From the NCBI GenBank assembly GCA_937903155.1, contig CALCZU010000132.1, positions 18,043 to 82,042 on the forward strand: a stretch of DNA of 64,000 nt. The letters are read 5' to 3'. The notes beneath the pieces are model-generated. The model worked only from the letters and a program-made list of their open reading frames with translations, was not told the origin of the DNA and made no database searches. Below, one piece after another: positions 1-9,593 of this stretch (its first letter is position 1; each line of letters starts with the position of its first letter). Source of the stretch: an uncultured Bdellovibrionales bacterium. GTDB taxonomy: Bacteria; Bdellovibrionota; FAC87; UBA2466. The translations under genes were made by a program, and so were the position numbers.

Positions 1-1734
1 CTCTTCGGGCAAAATTGCTCGCGAACCATCGCCGAGCTCTACAAACGAATCGCCTTTTTTCAAGGCTTCTAAAATCTGAGGCATGTCCGTTTTCGACCGG
101 CTTCCCTCTTCGATGAACTTGAGATCGAACCAATCAATGCCGGATGTGACCTCGATTCGCACTTCTCCTAAATTACGAACAGAAACTCTTTCGGACTCAA
201 CTCTCCAACCGCTTTTGAGAAGATCTTGCACCGCTGGAACAAAAAATCTTGGAGGCACTCGATACTCATCATTGGGCCCCGTGAAGTAGCGCGAGGGCTC
301 AAGCCCTAGAGTCGCCAACTTATCGCGCGCCACTTTTTCAAAAGCATCATCGCGGATATAAATCAGTTTTTTCGCTTTATCTAAAAAGATAGAGGCTTCC
401 GCATCTTTTTTAGAGCGAGAAGTTCCGTAGAGAAAACTTAAGTATCCTGTGATTTCGGGCGATCCGCCGTTACTGCCTTCAGAAATAAAACTGATTTTTG
501 GAGTCGGTTTTTCTTTAACCACTTTCCATTGAAAAGATTCGGGCAAATGAATATCTGGAATGCCTCTTTCCATTTCGGTCATTCGCATCACAAAAGCTTC
601 GGCTTCGCTCGTTTGAATGAAAAGCCCCTCGGCACGACGGAGCTGCTGAATCCAAGGAATGGATTCGGGGTTCGAGAATCGGCACAAAGTTTCTTTGAAG
701 ACAATAATCCCGGTCTGAATGAAAGCGATGGGTTCGGTGATTTCTACCACTTGTTCTTCTCGGACCAAACGGCCGTGAACTTTCCAGCCTTTTTCTTCGA
801 CCTCTTCAAAATAAAGTTCGAATTTCCACGGAGCTCCTAAATCCCATCCCAATAGATTTAGCTCGTTGGGTTGTTTGTTCGCATCGGGCGACCAACCAAT
901 TCGGTTTAGAGCACAAAGGCGCTCTAAAATCACATCTTGATTGAGGCGTGAAAGCGTTGTTCCTACATACAAGGGTTGATGAGAAACATTCGGCGTGTAT
1001 TCCATCGTGGGCCGGCTTCCGATCATCATCGCCAAAACTTTTTTATCTTCGGGAGGAAAATTCTCAATCTGAGCGTCTGAAAATTTCAAAGCCTTGAGAC
1101 GTCCCGGAACGCCTGCGCGTGTGAGCGCTCGTTTATGAAATTTGATCACGGGCGACGGAACGAAAGTGTGAGTCAGAACAAGTTGGTAACAAATCTCACT
1201 GCCGATTTCTAAAGTCAGATTGGGATCCGATTCAAAATGGGATTGAGACTGAATGGCCGCCGTATCTTGGTCGATTCTATCAATCTGATGTCGCCAGGAA
1301 ACAAAACGTTGACGCTCGGCCCGCTCGGGTTGGGCTGTTCGGCGCGGAGGTCTTCTAAAGGCCCCCTCACGCGATCCGCTGTCGCGTGGCAACGTGTGGG
1401 ACAGGACAATATTTGAGGCGGTCTCAAAAAATACCAAAAATTCTGCGGAAAGTTCTGGGGTCAAACGCATTTGTTCTTCCACCGCGAGGAGGGTCGCCCA
1501 GAGATGTTTGCAGAAAAAACCATCCGCAAAATGAGGGCAAGTGCAGGAAGTTTCCAGTTCTTCTTCCGACTCGGCCCATTCGAGCCTTGTCTGGTATGGA
1601 AACGTCCCTTGGACGATCGCATTGATACTTCCCCCAGCTAATTCAATATCTTGAACGCTACCCTTGACGTAGTAGACGTGCCCCTGCGAGCGGGCATTAC
1701 TGGAGAAATAATTAGAAAAGCGGTTCGAAAGCAT
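1..1734 (-). CDS. SWIM zinc-finger domain protein, 5' part only (runs off window start); probably the N-terminal extension of an SNF2-family helicase
   Basis: The minus-strand frame is open from a start at 1734 to the window edge. An in-frame stop lies just upstream of that ATG. The translation contains a CxC...CxH SWIM-type motif (SCTCPHFADGFFCKHLWATLL). The six-frame track shows no competing long ORF in 290..1740. Confidence 0.4.
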   Translation of the reverse strand, partial: MLSNRFSNYFSSNARSQGHVYYVKGSVQDIELAGGSINAIVQGTFPYQTRLEWAESEEELETSCTCPHFADGFFCKHLWATLLAVEEQMRLTPELSAEFLVFFETASNIVLSHTLPRDSGSREGAFRRPPRRTAQPERAERQRFVSWRHQIDRIDQDTAAIQSQSHFESDPNLTLEIGSEICYQLVLTHTFVPSPVIKFHKRALTRAGVPGRLKALKFSDAQIENFPPEDKKVLAMMIGSRPTMEYTPNVSHQPLYVGTTLSRLNQDVILERLCALNRIGWSPDANKQPNELNLLGWDLGAPWKFELYFEEVEEKGWKVHGRLVREEQVVEITEPIAFIQTGIIVFKETLCRFSNPESIPWIQQLRRAEGLFIQTSEAEAFVMRMTEMERGIPDIHLPESFQWKVVKEKPTPKISFISEGSNGGSPEITGYLSFLYGTSRSKKDAEASIFLDKAKKLIYIRDDAFEKVARDKLATLGLEPSRYFTGPNDEYRVPPRFFVPAVQDLLKSGWRVESERVSVRNLGEVRIEVTSGIDWFDLKFIEEGSRSKTDMPQILEALKKGDSFVELGDGSRAILPEE

Positions 1735-1784
1735 CGATGGGTAATAGTCTAAGTGAGTAGTTTAGGCAAATAAAGGCTAAAACA

Positions 1785-2492
1785 TTAGAATAATTCAAAT
1801 AAGATGAATTCTGGCCTTTTTTCGTTTGCTTCACCACTCGGGTTTAAATTTAAAGTGTCTTCGCCTTCGATCGCGAGTCCATCGCCGGCGGAAATTTCGG
1901 TGGAATTGACCTGAAGGCTTCCCTTCACCATCTGAATCCAAACCGATGCGCCCTTTTTGGGCTGATAGGCTTTTACTTCGCCCGCTTTGAATTTCACATG
2001 AGTGACGACCGCGTTTTGATCGAGTCGAATTTGTCCGACTTTTTCTTCCGAAGAAGCGACCACACGCCAAAAAGAATCTTCGTTACTCTTTTTGAGTTGA
2101 TCATAGCGCGGCTTTGCACTGTGCACATTGGGTTTGATCCAAATTTGAAAGAGGTGCACCGACGTGGTTTGAGAAGGGTTGAACTCGCTGTGTTCGACCC
2201 CACTTCCCGCGCTCATATATTGCCATTCGCCGGCACTGATTTGGGCGCCTGTTCCCATACTGTCTTTATGCTCGAGTGTGCCAGAAACAATATACGTAAT
2301 GATGTTCATGTCCCTGTGGCCGTGAGTTCCAAAGCCTTGAGCGGGAGAAATAAAATCTTCGTTGATGACTCGTAGTGTTTTAAAGCCGAGATGCGCGGGA
2401 TCGTAGTAGTCGGCGAATGAAAACGAATGATGGGTTTTTAACCATCCGTGTTCGAATGAACCTCTATCTTTTGCCAGTCGAGTTCGGATCAT
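1785..2492 (-). CDS. Pirin family protein (cupin)
   Basis: 235 aa. N-terminal HGWLxTxHSFSFAxYYDP and downstream GFGTHGHRDMNIITYIVSG...H...SAGEWQYMSAGSGVEHSE are typical pirin/YhhW metal-binding cupin motifs. Confidence 0.85.
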   Translation of the reverse strand: MIRTRLAKDRGSFEHGWLKTHHSFSFADYYDPAHLGFKTLRVINEDFISPAQGFGTHGHRDMNIITYIVSGTLEHKDSMGTGAQISAGEWQYMSAGSGVEHSEFNPSQTTSVHLFQIWIKPNVHSAKPRYDQLKKSNEDSFWRVVASSEEKVGQIRLDQNAVVTHVKFKAGEVKAYQPKKGASVWIQMVKGSLQVNSTEISAGDGLAIEGEDTLNLNPSGEANEKRPEFILFELF

Positions 2493-2628
2493 CTTTTCTT
2501 AACGCGCCCTGTGAGCGCGCTCCCCGTTTACATCGTCTATGAAAATCAGTTACCATTTCTTCATAACGTTCGTTTCACCCTACAATTTATAAACCATTCG
2601 CGGTCATTGCGAAAGAGCGGAGCTAAAA

Positions 2629-4452
2629 ATGAAATCCCCCGTTTATTTTCTCATCGTTTGCATTTTGATTTTATCTCATTCCCTTCAAGCTTCTGATTTT
2701 AAAGTGGCCGAGAGAGATTCGGGAAATTCTATCGAAGTTTTCGGGACCTTTGATCGCGAAGTGCTCGTGCCGAGCGCCGACCAAAAGTTTGAAATTAAAA
2801 AGAATGGTCTTCTTCAAACCATGGAAGCGGGTCTTCCCTCGGTTCCGGTCAAAACGTTTCTCGTTGCTCTTCCCTCAGGAAGAAATTTTCAAAAAGCAAA
2901 GTTCGAAGTCACGGGGACCAGAGCTTATTCAGGACAAATCGTAACATCAGCCGCCCAAATGCCAATCTCATGGATTGGAAACGCGCCAAAAGATCTCAAA
3001 CACGAAGCAGCTCCGCAATACGATTCCCAGTATCCTGCCCAGAAATATACGGTTTCTAAACAAGTGCTTCATGGTGTGACGGTTCTTGTCGTCAATGTCT
3101 ATCCCATTCGTGAAATCGACCACAAGAGCATCGAAGCCTTCTCTCAATTCAAACTTACGCTTTCAACGTCAAGAAGCTCCGAAGCTCCAGTAAAACTTTT
3201 TTCTCACCAAGCAAAAGAACTGAAGAACCTCGTCAGCAATCCTGAAACAATTTCGGCGTATGCTTCTCGCGAAGAAGCAACAAACGACTACTTAATTTTA
3301 GCAACTCCTAAAGTGATCGGATTTACCGGAGCAAACGGACTCGAGGACCTTCAAAAAAGTCTCACCGAAAAAGGTTTAAAATCCAAAGTCGTTTCGCTTG
3401 CGAAAATCGATGAAGCTGCGGGAACAGACAGAGTCGAAAAAATCCGTAATTTTATCCGTGACGAATACAAAACTACGGGTATCCAGTACGTTTTACTCGT
3501 TGGAAAAAGTGTGAAGTCTTCTTCGGAACCTTTCTTTCCAGCAAGACCGCTTTGGACAAAAATCAAAGCGTATTTCGGATACTGGACAACGCTCGAAGAA
3601 AATATTCCCGCAGATCTCTACTACAGCAATCTCGATGGAACCTTTAACGGCAACGGAAATGACAAGTGGGGGGAAACAACCGATGGCGAAAACGGGGGAG
3701 ATGTCGATTTTCTTCCTGAAGTCACCGTGGGTCGCGTAGTCGTTGAAACTCAAGCCCAACTCCAAAACTTTGTTCGAAAAACTCTCTACACAAAGTCTCA
3801 TAAACTTTCTCAAGAGACAGCGCTTCTCGGAGAAGAACTTTTTAAAGAGTTAAATCTTTACGGCGACGATTACATGAATCAGCTGGTCGGCGAATGCTCA
3901 GACCATAATTTTACAACGACAGGATATTCCAATGATTGGAAATTGACGAAGTTTTACGACAAGGCTTCGAAGTGGTCCGGAAAAGACGCACAAAAGGCGA
4001 TTTCCCAAAATCCTATCAGCATGGTCAATCATTTAGGGCATTCGAATCAATCGACGAATATGAAACTGAGTTCATCGAACATTTCTGCATTTACCAACGC
4101 CAATCCTTTTGTTTACTACACTCAAGGATGCTTGGCCGCGAAGTTCACGGTCGGTTCTTTCGTGGATAAAATGGTTACGGCGACAAATGCTGCGGTCTCT
4201 GCGATCGGAAACTCGTCTTATGGGTTAGCTCCAGAAGATCCAGATCCAAATTCGACCAAAACTCCCGGCGGTTCGCAAATGCTTCACCGTCAATTTATTC
4301 ATTCGATTTTCACAAATCATCTGACTCAGTTGGGAAAAGCCCATCAAGCTTCTAAAGTGGCTTTTGTCGGAATGAAAGACATTCAAGAAGTCCGCTGGAT
4401 CAACTGGACCGCGCATTACTTCGGTGATCCGAGTTTAGAATTGAGTTTCTAG
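2629..4452 (+). CDS. Secreted cysteine peptidase-like protein, possibly peptidase C25 (gingipain) family
   Basis: 607 aa with an N-terminal signal peptide (MKSPVYFLIVCILILSHSLQA). Motifs DLYYSNLDGTFNGNGNDKWGE and a His (NHLGHS) about 33 residues before a Cys (YYTQGCLAAKF) resemble the gingipain His/Cys dyad spacing. Family assignment is tentative. Confidence 0.45.
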   Translation: MKSPVYFLIVCILILSHSLQASDFKVAERDSGNSIEVFGTFDREVLVPSADQKFEIKKNGLLQTMEAGLPSVPVKTFLVALPSGRNFQKAKFEVTGTRAYSGQIVTSAAQMPISWIGNAPKDLKHEAAPQYDSQYPAQKYTVSKQVLHGVTVLVVNVYPIREIDHKSIEAFSQFKLTLSTSRSSEAPVKLFSHQAKELKNLVSNPETISAYASREEATNDYLILATPKVIGFTGANGLEDLQKSLTEKGLKSKVVSLAKIDEAAGTDRVEKIRNFIRDEYKTTGIQYVLLVGKSVKSSSEPFFPARPLWTKIKAYFGYWTTLEENIPADLYYSNLDGTFNGNGNDKWGETTDGENGGDVDFLPEVTVGRVVVETQAQLQNFVRKTLYTKSHKLSQETALLGEELFKELNLYGDDYMNQLVGECSDHNFTTTGYSNDWKLTKFYDKASKWSGKDAQKAISQNPISMVNHLGHSNQSTNMKLSSSNISAFTNANPFVYYTQGCLAAKFTVGSFVDKMVTATNAAVSAIGNSSYGLAPEDPDPNSTKTPGGSQMLHRQFIHSIFTNHLTQLGKAHQASKVAFVGMKDIQEVRWINWTAHYFGDPSLELSF

Positions 4453-4479
4453 AAAGCAATCTCGCAGAACTCGAGTGTT

Positions 4480-4573
4480 CCGTCATTGCGAGGGTGCGTA
4501 GCACCCGCGGCAACCTTCCCAGTTTCGGAACACAAAGGTTGCCGCGGCTGCTACACACCCTCGCAATGACAAG
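4480..4573. repeat. REP-like palindromic element: two inverted copies of the GTCATTGCGAG(G)GTGCGTAGCAC unit
   Basis: The left arm ccgtcattgcgagggtgcgtagcacccgcggcaacc and right arm ggttgccgcggctgctacacaccctcgcaatgacaag are near-perfect reverse complements. The same core recurs at 13432, 18501, 25034, 39446, 53837 and in weaker form at 7441 and 41491. Confidence 0.6.
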
Positions 4574-4704
4574 TTTCTTTTCTTCGCACCTATCGACGAT
4601 TTCGAGCGGCAGTTAATTTTTGTCTTCATTAATCACACTTCGCGTCATCCAAAAATTGTTTCAGTTAATGCTCCATGTTAACTCTTTTTTTCCGAGGAGC
4701 TTAT

Positions 4705-6036
4705 ATGAAACTTTCGACTTTTGTTCTGCTTTTTTGCTCTCTTTCTGTTTTCGCTTTTGATTGTACGACTCAATTTGCGACGGCTTTTGGAACTCGCGAT
4801 GTCCGCACCGCTTCTTACGACAAGTCGAGAGGCTTTACCTGGTACGACGATCAGATCGTCGAGGTTGATGGAGTTCCCACCCCGCAGTTTAAATTGGCTT
4901 ACGAACCAAGGGCCACCCGACTCTGGAACCAAGTTCGTTCTTTTGCCATCCAACCTCAATTGGACCAAGGCGCGTACGCAATGGTTCTCGACGGAACCGG
5001 CGTTTTGAAATTTTATAGCCCAGATAGAGTCGCTCTGAATATTTCTCCAGAAAGTATTGGAACCCTCAGTGCCGCCACCCTTTTTAAACCCATCCATCGT
5101 GAGTTGGAGCGGGATTCTTTTCCGGTGCGATATCTCCGCTCTGTCGCAGAGAAAAAACATCCGATTCGAGACGCGCAAGATAGAAAGGATTTGGCTGCTG
5201 CCGAAAAGGTAACTCCGACCTATCTTTATGTCGCGAGTGATAATCATGTTTATCGTACCAAAGTCGTCCCGACTCGAATCGCTGCAAATAGCGAAGTGGC
5301 AAGAGCTCTTTTAGTCGGGCCTGTTCGAGTGACCGGCGACGTCGAGCCACGATTAGGACAGCCGACCTATAAGATTGAACCGATAAAAACGGGCTTAGTT
5401 GATTTTCAATCGAAAGATGCCTCGGAGAGAGTCCTCATTCCTTCAACTCATCCCGAATTCGCGTACCAATTGGAGCGTTTTGAGAGGGTCATTACGATTA
5501 AGGACAGAGAGAACTTGGTCAACGGGATCGATTTTATCCATGTGTTATCCGATAAAAATCTTCTGTTGGCGAACAACCTAGGTCAGGTCATTATTGTGGA
5601 ACCTCAAAAGCTGCAATTAGAAAAAACTTTAAGTTTTCCGGGAAAAGTATGGCTTAACTCAATCTCGGCTCATCAAATCGGAGATGAAATTCAGGTTTGG
5701 GCGATTAATTCAATCGATAAATCTCTGTACTACTGGAACTCAACGTCCGGCGAAAGCGGTATGACGCCGTATCCAGAAAAGCTACCTGACGGAGAAATTC
5801 CTTTGCGAGTCACTTCAAGTGGCCAAATCATTCCCGTTTCCTCCGGGATTGGAAAAAATAGCTACTACTACAACCATTATTCTCTGAAAGGTGACGAAAT
5901 AGCGGAACAAAGGGTTCTCGTTATGACTGCCACCGGAAAAATTTTTGGACTGGTCGATGGCGGTAAAAAATTAGAAACGGAGTTCCCCGTAAAACTTCAT
6001 TGGGAAAGTCAAACTTTTACAAGGCGAAGAGATTAA
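4705..6036 (+). CDS. Hypothetical secreted protein
   Basis: The long ORF has an internal ATG at 4705 preceded by GAGGAG 9 bp upstream, a good RBS. A signal peptide follows (MKLSTFVLLFCSLSVFAFDC). No recognisable catalytic motifs. Confidence 0.5.
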   Translation: MKLSTFVLLFCSLSVFAFDCTTQFATAFGTRDVRTASYDKSRGFTWYDDQIVEVDGVPTPQFKLAYEPRATRLWNQVRSFAIQPQLDQGAYAMVLDGTGVLKFYSPDRVALNISPESIGTLSAATLFKPIHRELERDSFPVRYLRSVAEKKHPIRDAQDRKDLAAAEKVTPTYLYVASDNHVYRTKVVPTRIAANSEVARALLVGPVRVTGDVEPRLGQPTYKIEPIKTGLVDFQSKDASERVLIPSTHPEFAYQLERFERVITIKDRENLVNGIDFIHVLSDKNLLLANNLGQVIIVEPQKLQLEKTLSFPGKVWLNSISAHQIGDEIQVWAINSIDKSLYYWNSTSGESGMTPYPEKLPDGEIPLRVTSSGQIIPVSSGIGKNSYYYNHYSLKGDEIAEQRVLVMTATGKIFGLVDGGKKLETEFPVKLHWESQTFTRRRD

Positions 6037-7418
6037 AGCTTCGGCGACCCGCAATCTCCCCAGAGCTCAGATTTTGAAAATTTCTTTTTAAAGCAAAAGC
6101 CTTGAACAGAAAGTTCTTCCGTTCCCAGCGTATCGAGGTAATAAAAAAGACGTCTTCCCGTTTTTGTAGGAATAAAAGTGCGGGGCGATTTGATGTATTC
6201 GATTTCGCGCTCGGTATACCAAGCAATCCGAGAAGCGCCGAGAAAATTCATCTCATATTGATCCGTAATTAAAACCATCACAGGAGAATCAGAGTACTTT
6301 TGTAAGGCGTCTCGTTCTTCGGGCGCTTTTAACCCATGCACTCTGACAGGTAACCACTGAGCGACGAACACGATTGCAATTGCGAGCGTGACGCTTGCTT
6401 TTTTTGCGGAACTCACAGCCCAAGGAATTTTAGAGAGAATCAAGTCGGCTCCGAAAAGAGCAATCCAAGGCAGGAGCATCAACCAGTATTGAGTGCCTTT
6501 CCGATAGGTCACGGCGTACATCACTAAAAAACTCGTAAAAAACGCGAGGGGGATCAAATACTGTTTCTTTCTTATCGCAAGCCCGAAAGCGGCGGGGAGA
6601 ATGAGAAGAAATCCGTAGGAATCGAAAAGGAGTTCCTTCCAAAAAGGAGGATCGAGAAGTCCCAGGAAGCTCCACGCTTTGGCGAATCGATTGGTCATTT
6701 GGTGTTCCCAATAGATATCGAAAAAATCAGGAACACTGCTGTTCAAAACAATCCCCAGATACGCAAGAAGTGGAAGGATAAAACCCACAACAAAAATTAA
6801 ACTGCAGCTTAATTTTTCAATAGCGGATCGTCTGATAAAAACGAGCGGAACCAAAAAAACAGGTAAAAATCCGACGACGGTGAGGCCTTTGTACATTGCA
6901 GAAAGTGCCAGAGCCATTCCTCCTAAAAACGCGAAACTTCTTTTGGCTTCTTCGATGGATATTTCAAAAAGCAGAATTGAGCTGAAGCCGAGAAATAAAC
7001 ATCCTGGGTCGAGATAGACGTTCGAAAAGAAATTTGAAAATCGGTAAAACGACCAAAGTAAAATGACGGACCAAAAGGCGGTTTTCTCCGAAAACTTTTT
7101 TTGAATCCACAAAAAGTAAATCCATAGAAAGAGGATATAAAACAAGTGGCCGGGAATTCTTGCGGACCAGTCTGCGATAGGGAGAACTTTAAAGACGGCG
7201 GCTAAGACCCAATAGCCTAAATGTGGGTGTTCGACGTAGTACGGCTCAAAACCGGGGACACTCGTCGACATGCGCAGCCAATCGCCCGACTTCACAATGT
7301 TTCGAGCGACGGTGGAGTAAAAAGGCGCATCGCTCGAAAGGCCTTCTTCAAAGTTTCGAAGTCCTACGGCAACGAAAGAAAGAATGGTGACCCACAAAAG
7401 CACATCTCTTTTACGCAT
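6033..7418 (-). CDS. Glycosyltransferase family 39-like (ArnT/PMT-type) integral membrane protein
   Basis: 461 aa and polytopic. The N-terminal region (FEEGLSSDAPFYSTVARNIVKSGDWLRM...) and the many aromatic-rich TM helices are typical of undecaprenyl/dolichyl-phosphate-sugar dependent GT-C transferases. Confidence 0.55.
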   Translation of the reverse strand: MRKRDVLLWVTILSFVAVGLRNFEEGLSSDAPFYSTVARNIVKSGDWLRMSTSVPGFEPYYVEHPHLGYWVLAAVFKVLPIADWSARIPGHLFYILFLWIYFLWIQKKFSEKTAFWSVILLWSFYRFSNFFSNVYLDPGCLFLGFSSILLFEISIEEAKRSFAFLGGMALALSAMYKGLTVVGFLPVFLVPLVFIRRSAIEKLSCSLIFVVGFILPLLAYLGIVLNSSVPDFFDIYWEHQMTNRFAKAWSFLGLLDPPFWKELLFDSYGFLLILPAAFGLAIRKKQYLIPLAFFTSFLVMYAVTYRKGTQYWLMLLPWIALFGADLILSKIPWAVSSAKKASVTLAIAIVFVAQWLPVRVHGLKAPEERDALQKYSDSPVMVLITDQYEMNFLGASRIAWYTEREIEYIKSPRTFIPTKTGRRLFYYLDTLGTEELSVQGFCFKKKFSKSELWGDCGSPKL

Positions 7419-7456
7419 TTGATGAGCTTACTTTATAACCTCGTCATTGCGAACTA

Positions 7457-8050
7457 CTAAGTATGCAGAGGGATCCACAAACAGGATGCGCGATCGGACG
7501 TGGCGACGGCTCGTAGGTTTAGGAATTCTTTTTTAGATTTGCGGGAAACCTGCAAAGTCTCGCCGGCTTTTAAATGGATTTTCTCGGCGTTATTGGATTC
7601 GAGGACTTCGATTTGGCCTTCGACACAATAAATAAAATGTTCAGTCCCAGAGATTGGAAATTGCATCTCTGCATTTCGTTTTAAAAACGTGGGGTAAAGA
7701 CTCCCGCGGCATTTTTCTTGAAGAAGTAAGACGTTAAAATCGACGGCCATGGATTTGAGTCGAGCCTCGGTTTTCCAGCTTCCGTCGAAAGTGTAAGGAG
7801 TCATTTCAGACAACACTCGTCCTTTTTTTTCTGCATGCTGAATATCAACCGGTCCGCCTTTGAGCAAAACAAAAAGTCGCTGGTAAGAAGTGTAATCCGA
7901 AAAGGGCCCATCTTCTTTCAGGAGCGCTCGGCTCAGTCGCCAGAGGAAAGGAGAATGCTCATCCATTGCGATGACCGAAGTCTCGCCCTTGCCGTTTTTC
8001 CAGGGCTCTGTGCGGTAATCCGAATCTGTATAGTGTTTGATGTTGAGCAT
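7457..8050 (-). CDS. HutD/Ves family protein
   Basis: 197 aa. The N-terminal motif EPWKNGKGETSVI matches the conserved pW-NGgG-TrEi signature of HutD. Confidence 0.6.
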   Translation of the reverse strand: MLNIKHYTDSDYRTEPWKNGKGETSVIAMDEHSPFLWRLSRALLKEDGPFSDYTSYQRLFVLLKGGPVDIQHAEKKGRVLSEMTPYTFDGSWKTEARLKSMAVDFNVLLLQEKCRGSLYPTFLKRNAEMQFPISGTEHFIYCVEGQIEVLESNNAEKIHLKAGETLQVSRKSKKEFLNLRAVATSDRASCLWIPLHT

Positions 8051-8125
8051 GGCGGAGTCTGCTAGCTCTCTAAATGATACTCCATTCGATAGGCACCCCG
8101 CAAGATTTGAGGTATACTCGGCCGC

Positions 8126-8620
8126 ATGAAACCATTTCTTATTTTTATCGGGCTTTTTCTCTCAGTCTTCTCTTTGGCGGATGATGTCAAAAAAGATGTG
8201 AAACCCGAAGACTATTTAAAAATCACTTCGGTCAAAGCCGCAACCATTCAGCCCGGGAAACCCGGTGAGGCCATCATCACCGCGAAAGTTTATCCGGGAA
8301 TGCATGTTCAAGCGAATCCCGCTTCCAAACCAAACCTCATCGCCACAGCGTTAACCGTGACTTCAAAAGAGGGTCTCGAAGTAAAAACGCCGACTTATCC
8401 GGAAGGCAAACCTTACCGCCTAAAAGATTCTTCTGAAGATATTTCCTGTTACGAAGATGAGTTTCAGATTCGAGTTCCCATTGGAACGGGAGTCGCCAGT
8501 AAACTGGGAAAAGTAGAATTAGACGCGTCGTTGAGATTTCAAGCTTGTAACGATAAAACTTGTTTCTTCCCACAAAAGCGCGAAATGAAAATTCCCGTTC
8601 AAATCGTTGTGAAAAAATAA
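8126..8620 (+). CDS. Secreted protein resembling the N-terminal (alpha) domain of thiol:disulfide interchange protein DsbD
   Basis: 164 aa with a signal peptide. The C-terminal FQACNDKTCFFPQ matches the DsbD-alpha pattern Q-G/A-C-x-x-x-x-C-Y/F-P-P. Confidence 0.4.
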   Translation: MKPFLIFIGLFLSVFSLADDVKKDVKPEDYLKITSVKAATIQPGKPGEAIITAKVYPGMHVQANPASKPNLIATALTVTSKEGLEVKTPTYPEGKPYRLKDSSEDISCYEDEFQIRVPIGTGVASKLGKVELDASLRFQACNDKTCFFPQKREMKIPVQIVVKK

Positions 8621-9574
8621 GTGCTCAGTAATTTCGATCACATTCTCCCCGACCAGATCTTTCAAGCAGCAGAAATTTTAGGCGGACGTTGCACGGGTCG
8701 ATTCCAAGCACTCAACGCAATGGAAAACCGAGTGTATGACGTCGAGTTCGAAGATGCCTCCCATATCGTCATCAAGTTTTATCGACCGGGTCGATGGTCG
8801 AAAGACACGATTTTGGCCGAGCATGAATTTTTACTGAAATCTCTCGAAGCGGAAATTCCCGTAGTTCCTCCGACTAAAAATGAAAAGGGTGAAACGCTTT
8901 TTGAAATTAACGGGGTTTTTTATTCGATTTTTGAAAAGCGTCCCGGAAGACTTGAGCCCGAATTAAATCCCGAACAATTAAAAAGATTGGGCCACTACCT
9001 CGCACGTCTTCACAATGTCGGCGATAAACTCAAAAAGGCTCCACGCATGTCCTTAACGCCGCAAACTTACGGGACGGATTCTCTAAAAATTTTAAAAGAC
9101 ATCGGCCTTCTCGGAGACGGCTTAGGCCCTCGGTACCAGCAGATTTGTTCGGATATCGTACAAGCTATCGAACCTCGATTCAAAAATCTTCCCATGACGC
9201 TCATCCACGGCGATTGCCATGCGGGCAATATTTTATGGCGCGGGGACGAACCCTACTTCATCGACTTTGACGACATGCTTTACGGTCCGGCCGTTCAGGA
9301 CTTTTGGATGCTTATCGGCGGAGACGACGAGTACGCGATGAAAAATCGTGACATTCTGGTCGGCTCTTACGAAACCCTCCGAGATTTTGACGACGAACAT
9401 TTTAAATTGATCGAACCTTTGAGAGCTCTACGTCTCATCTATTTCTCGGCATGGATCGCGCGACGTAAAGACGACGGCGCTTTTAAATTGGCGTTTCCCC
9501 ATTTCGGAACCGAACGCTATTGGCAGGAGCAAATCGATCACCTTTCGATTCAACGCGACCGGGTTTTAATGTGA
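8621..9574 (+). CDS. srkA: Stress-response Ser/Thr kinase SrkA (YihE/RdoA family)
   Basis: 317 aa with a GTG start. Blocks ALNAMENRVYDVEFEDASHIVIKFYRPGRWSKDTILAEHEFL, HGDCHAGNILWRGDEPYFIDFDD and GPAVQDFWML are near-identical in pattern to E. coli SrkA. Confidence 0.8.
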   Translation: MLSNFDHILPDQIFQAAEILGGRCTGRFQALNAMENRVYDVEFEDASHIVIKFYRPGRWSKDTILAEHEFLLKSLEAEIPVVPPTKNEKGETLFEINGVFYSIFEKRPGRLEPELNPEQLKRLGHYLARLHNVGDKLKKAPRMSLTPQTYGTDSLKILKDIGLLGDGLGPRYQQICSDIVQAIEPRFKNLPMTLIHGDCHAGNILWRGDEPYFIDFDDMLYGPAVQDFWMLIGGDDEYAMKNRDILVGSYETLRDFDDEHFKLIEPLRALRLIYFSAWIARRKDDGAFKLAFPHFGTERYWQEQIDHLSIQRDRVLM

Positions 9575-9593
9575 TTTTGATTATGGTAAGACT

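Noticed and set aside
2493-2628. Short GC palindrome (GCGCGCC-ctgtga-GCGCGC) in the divergent pirin / protease intergenic region
   Set aside because: It is only about 7 bp per arm and imperfect. That is too weak to call a regulatory site without comparative data.
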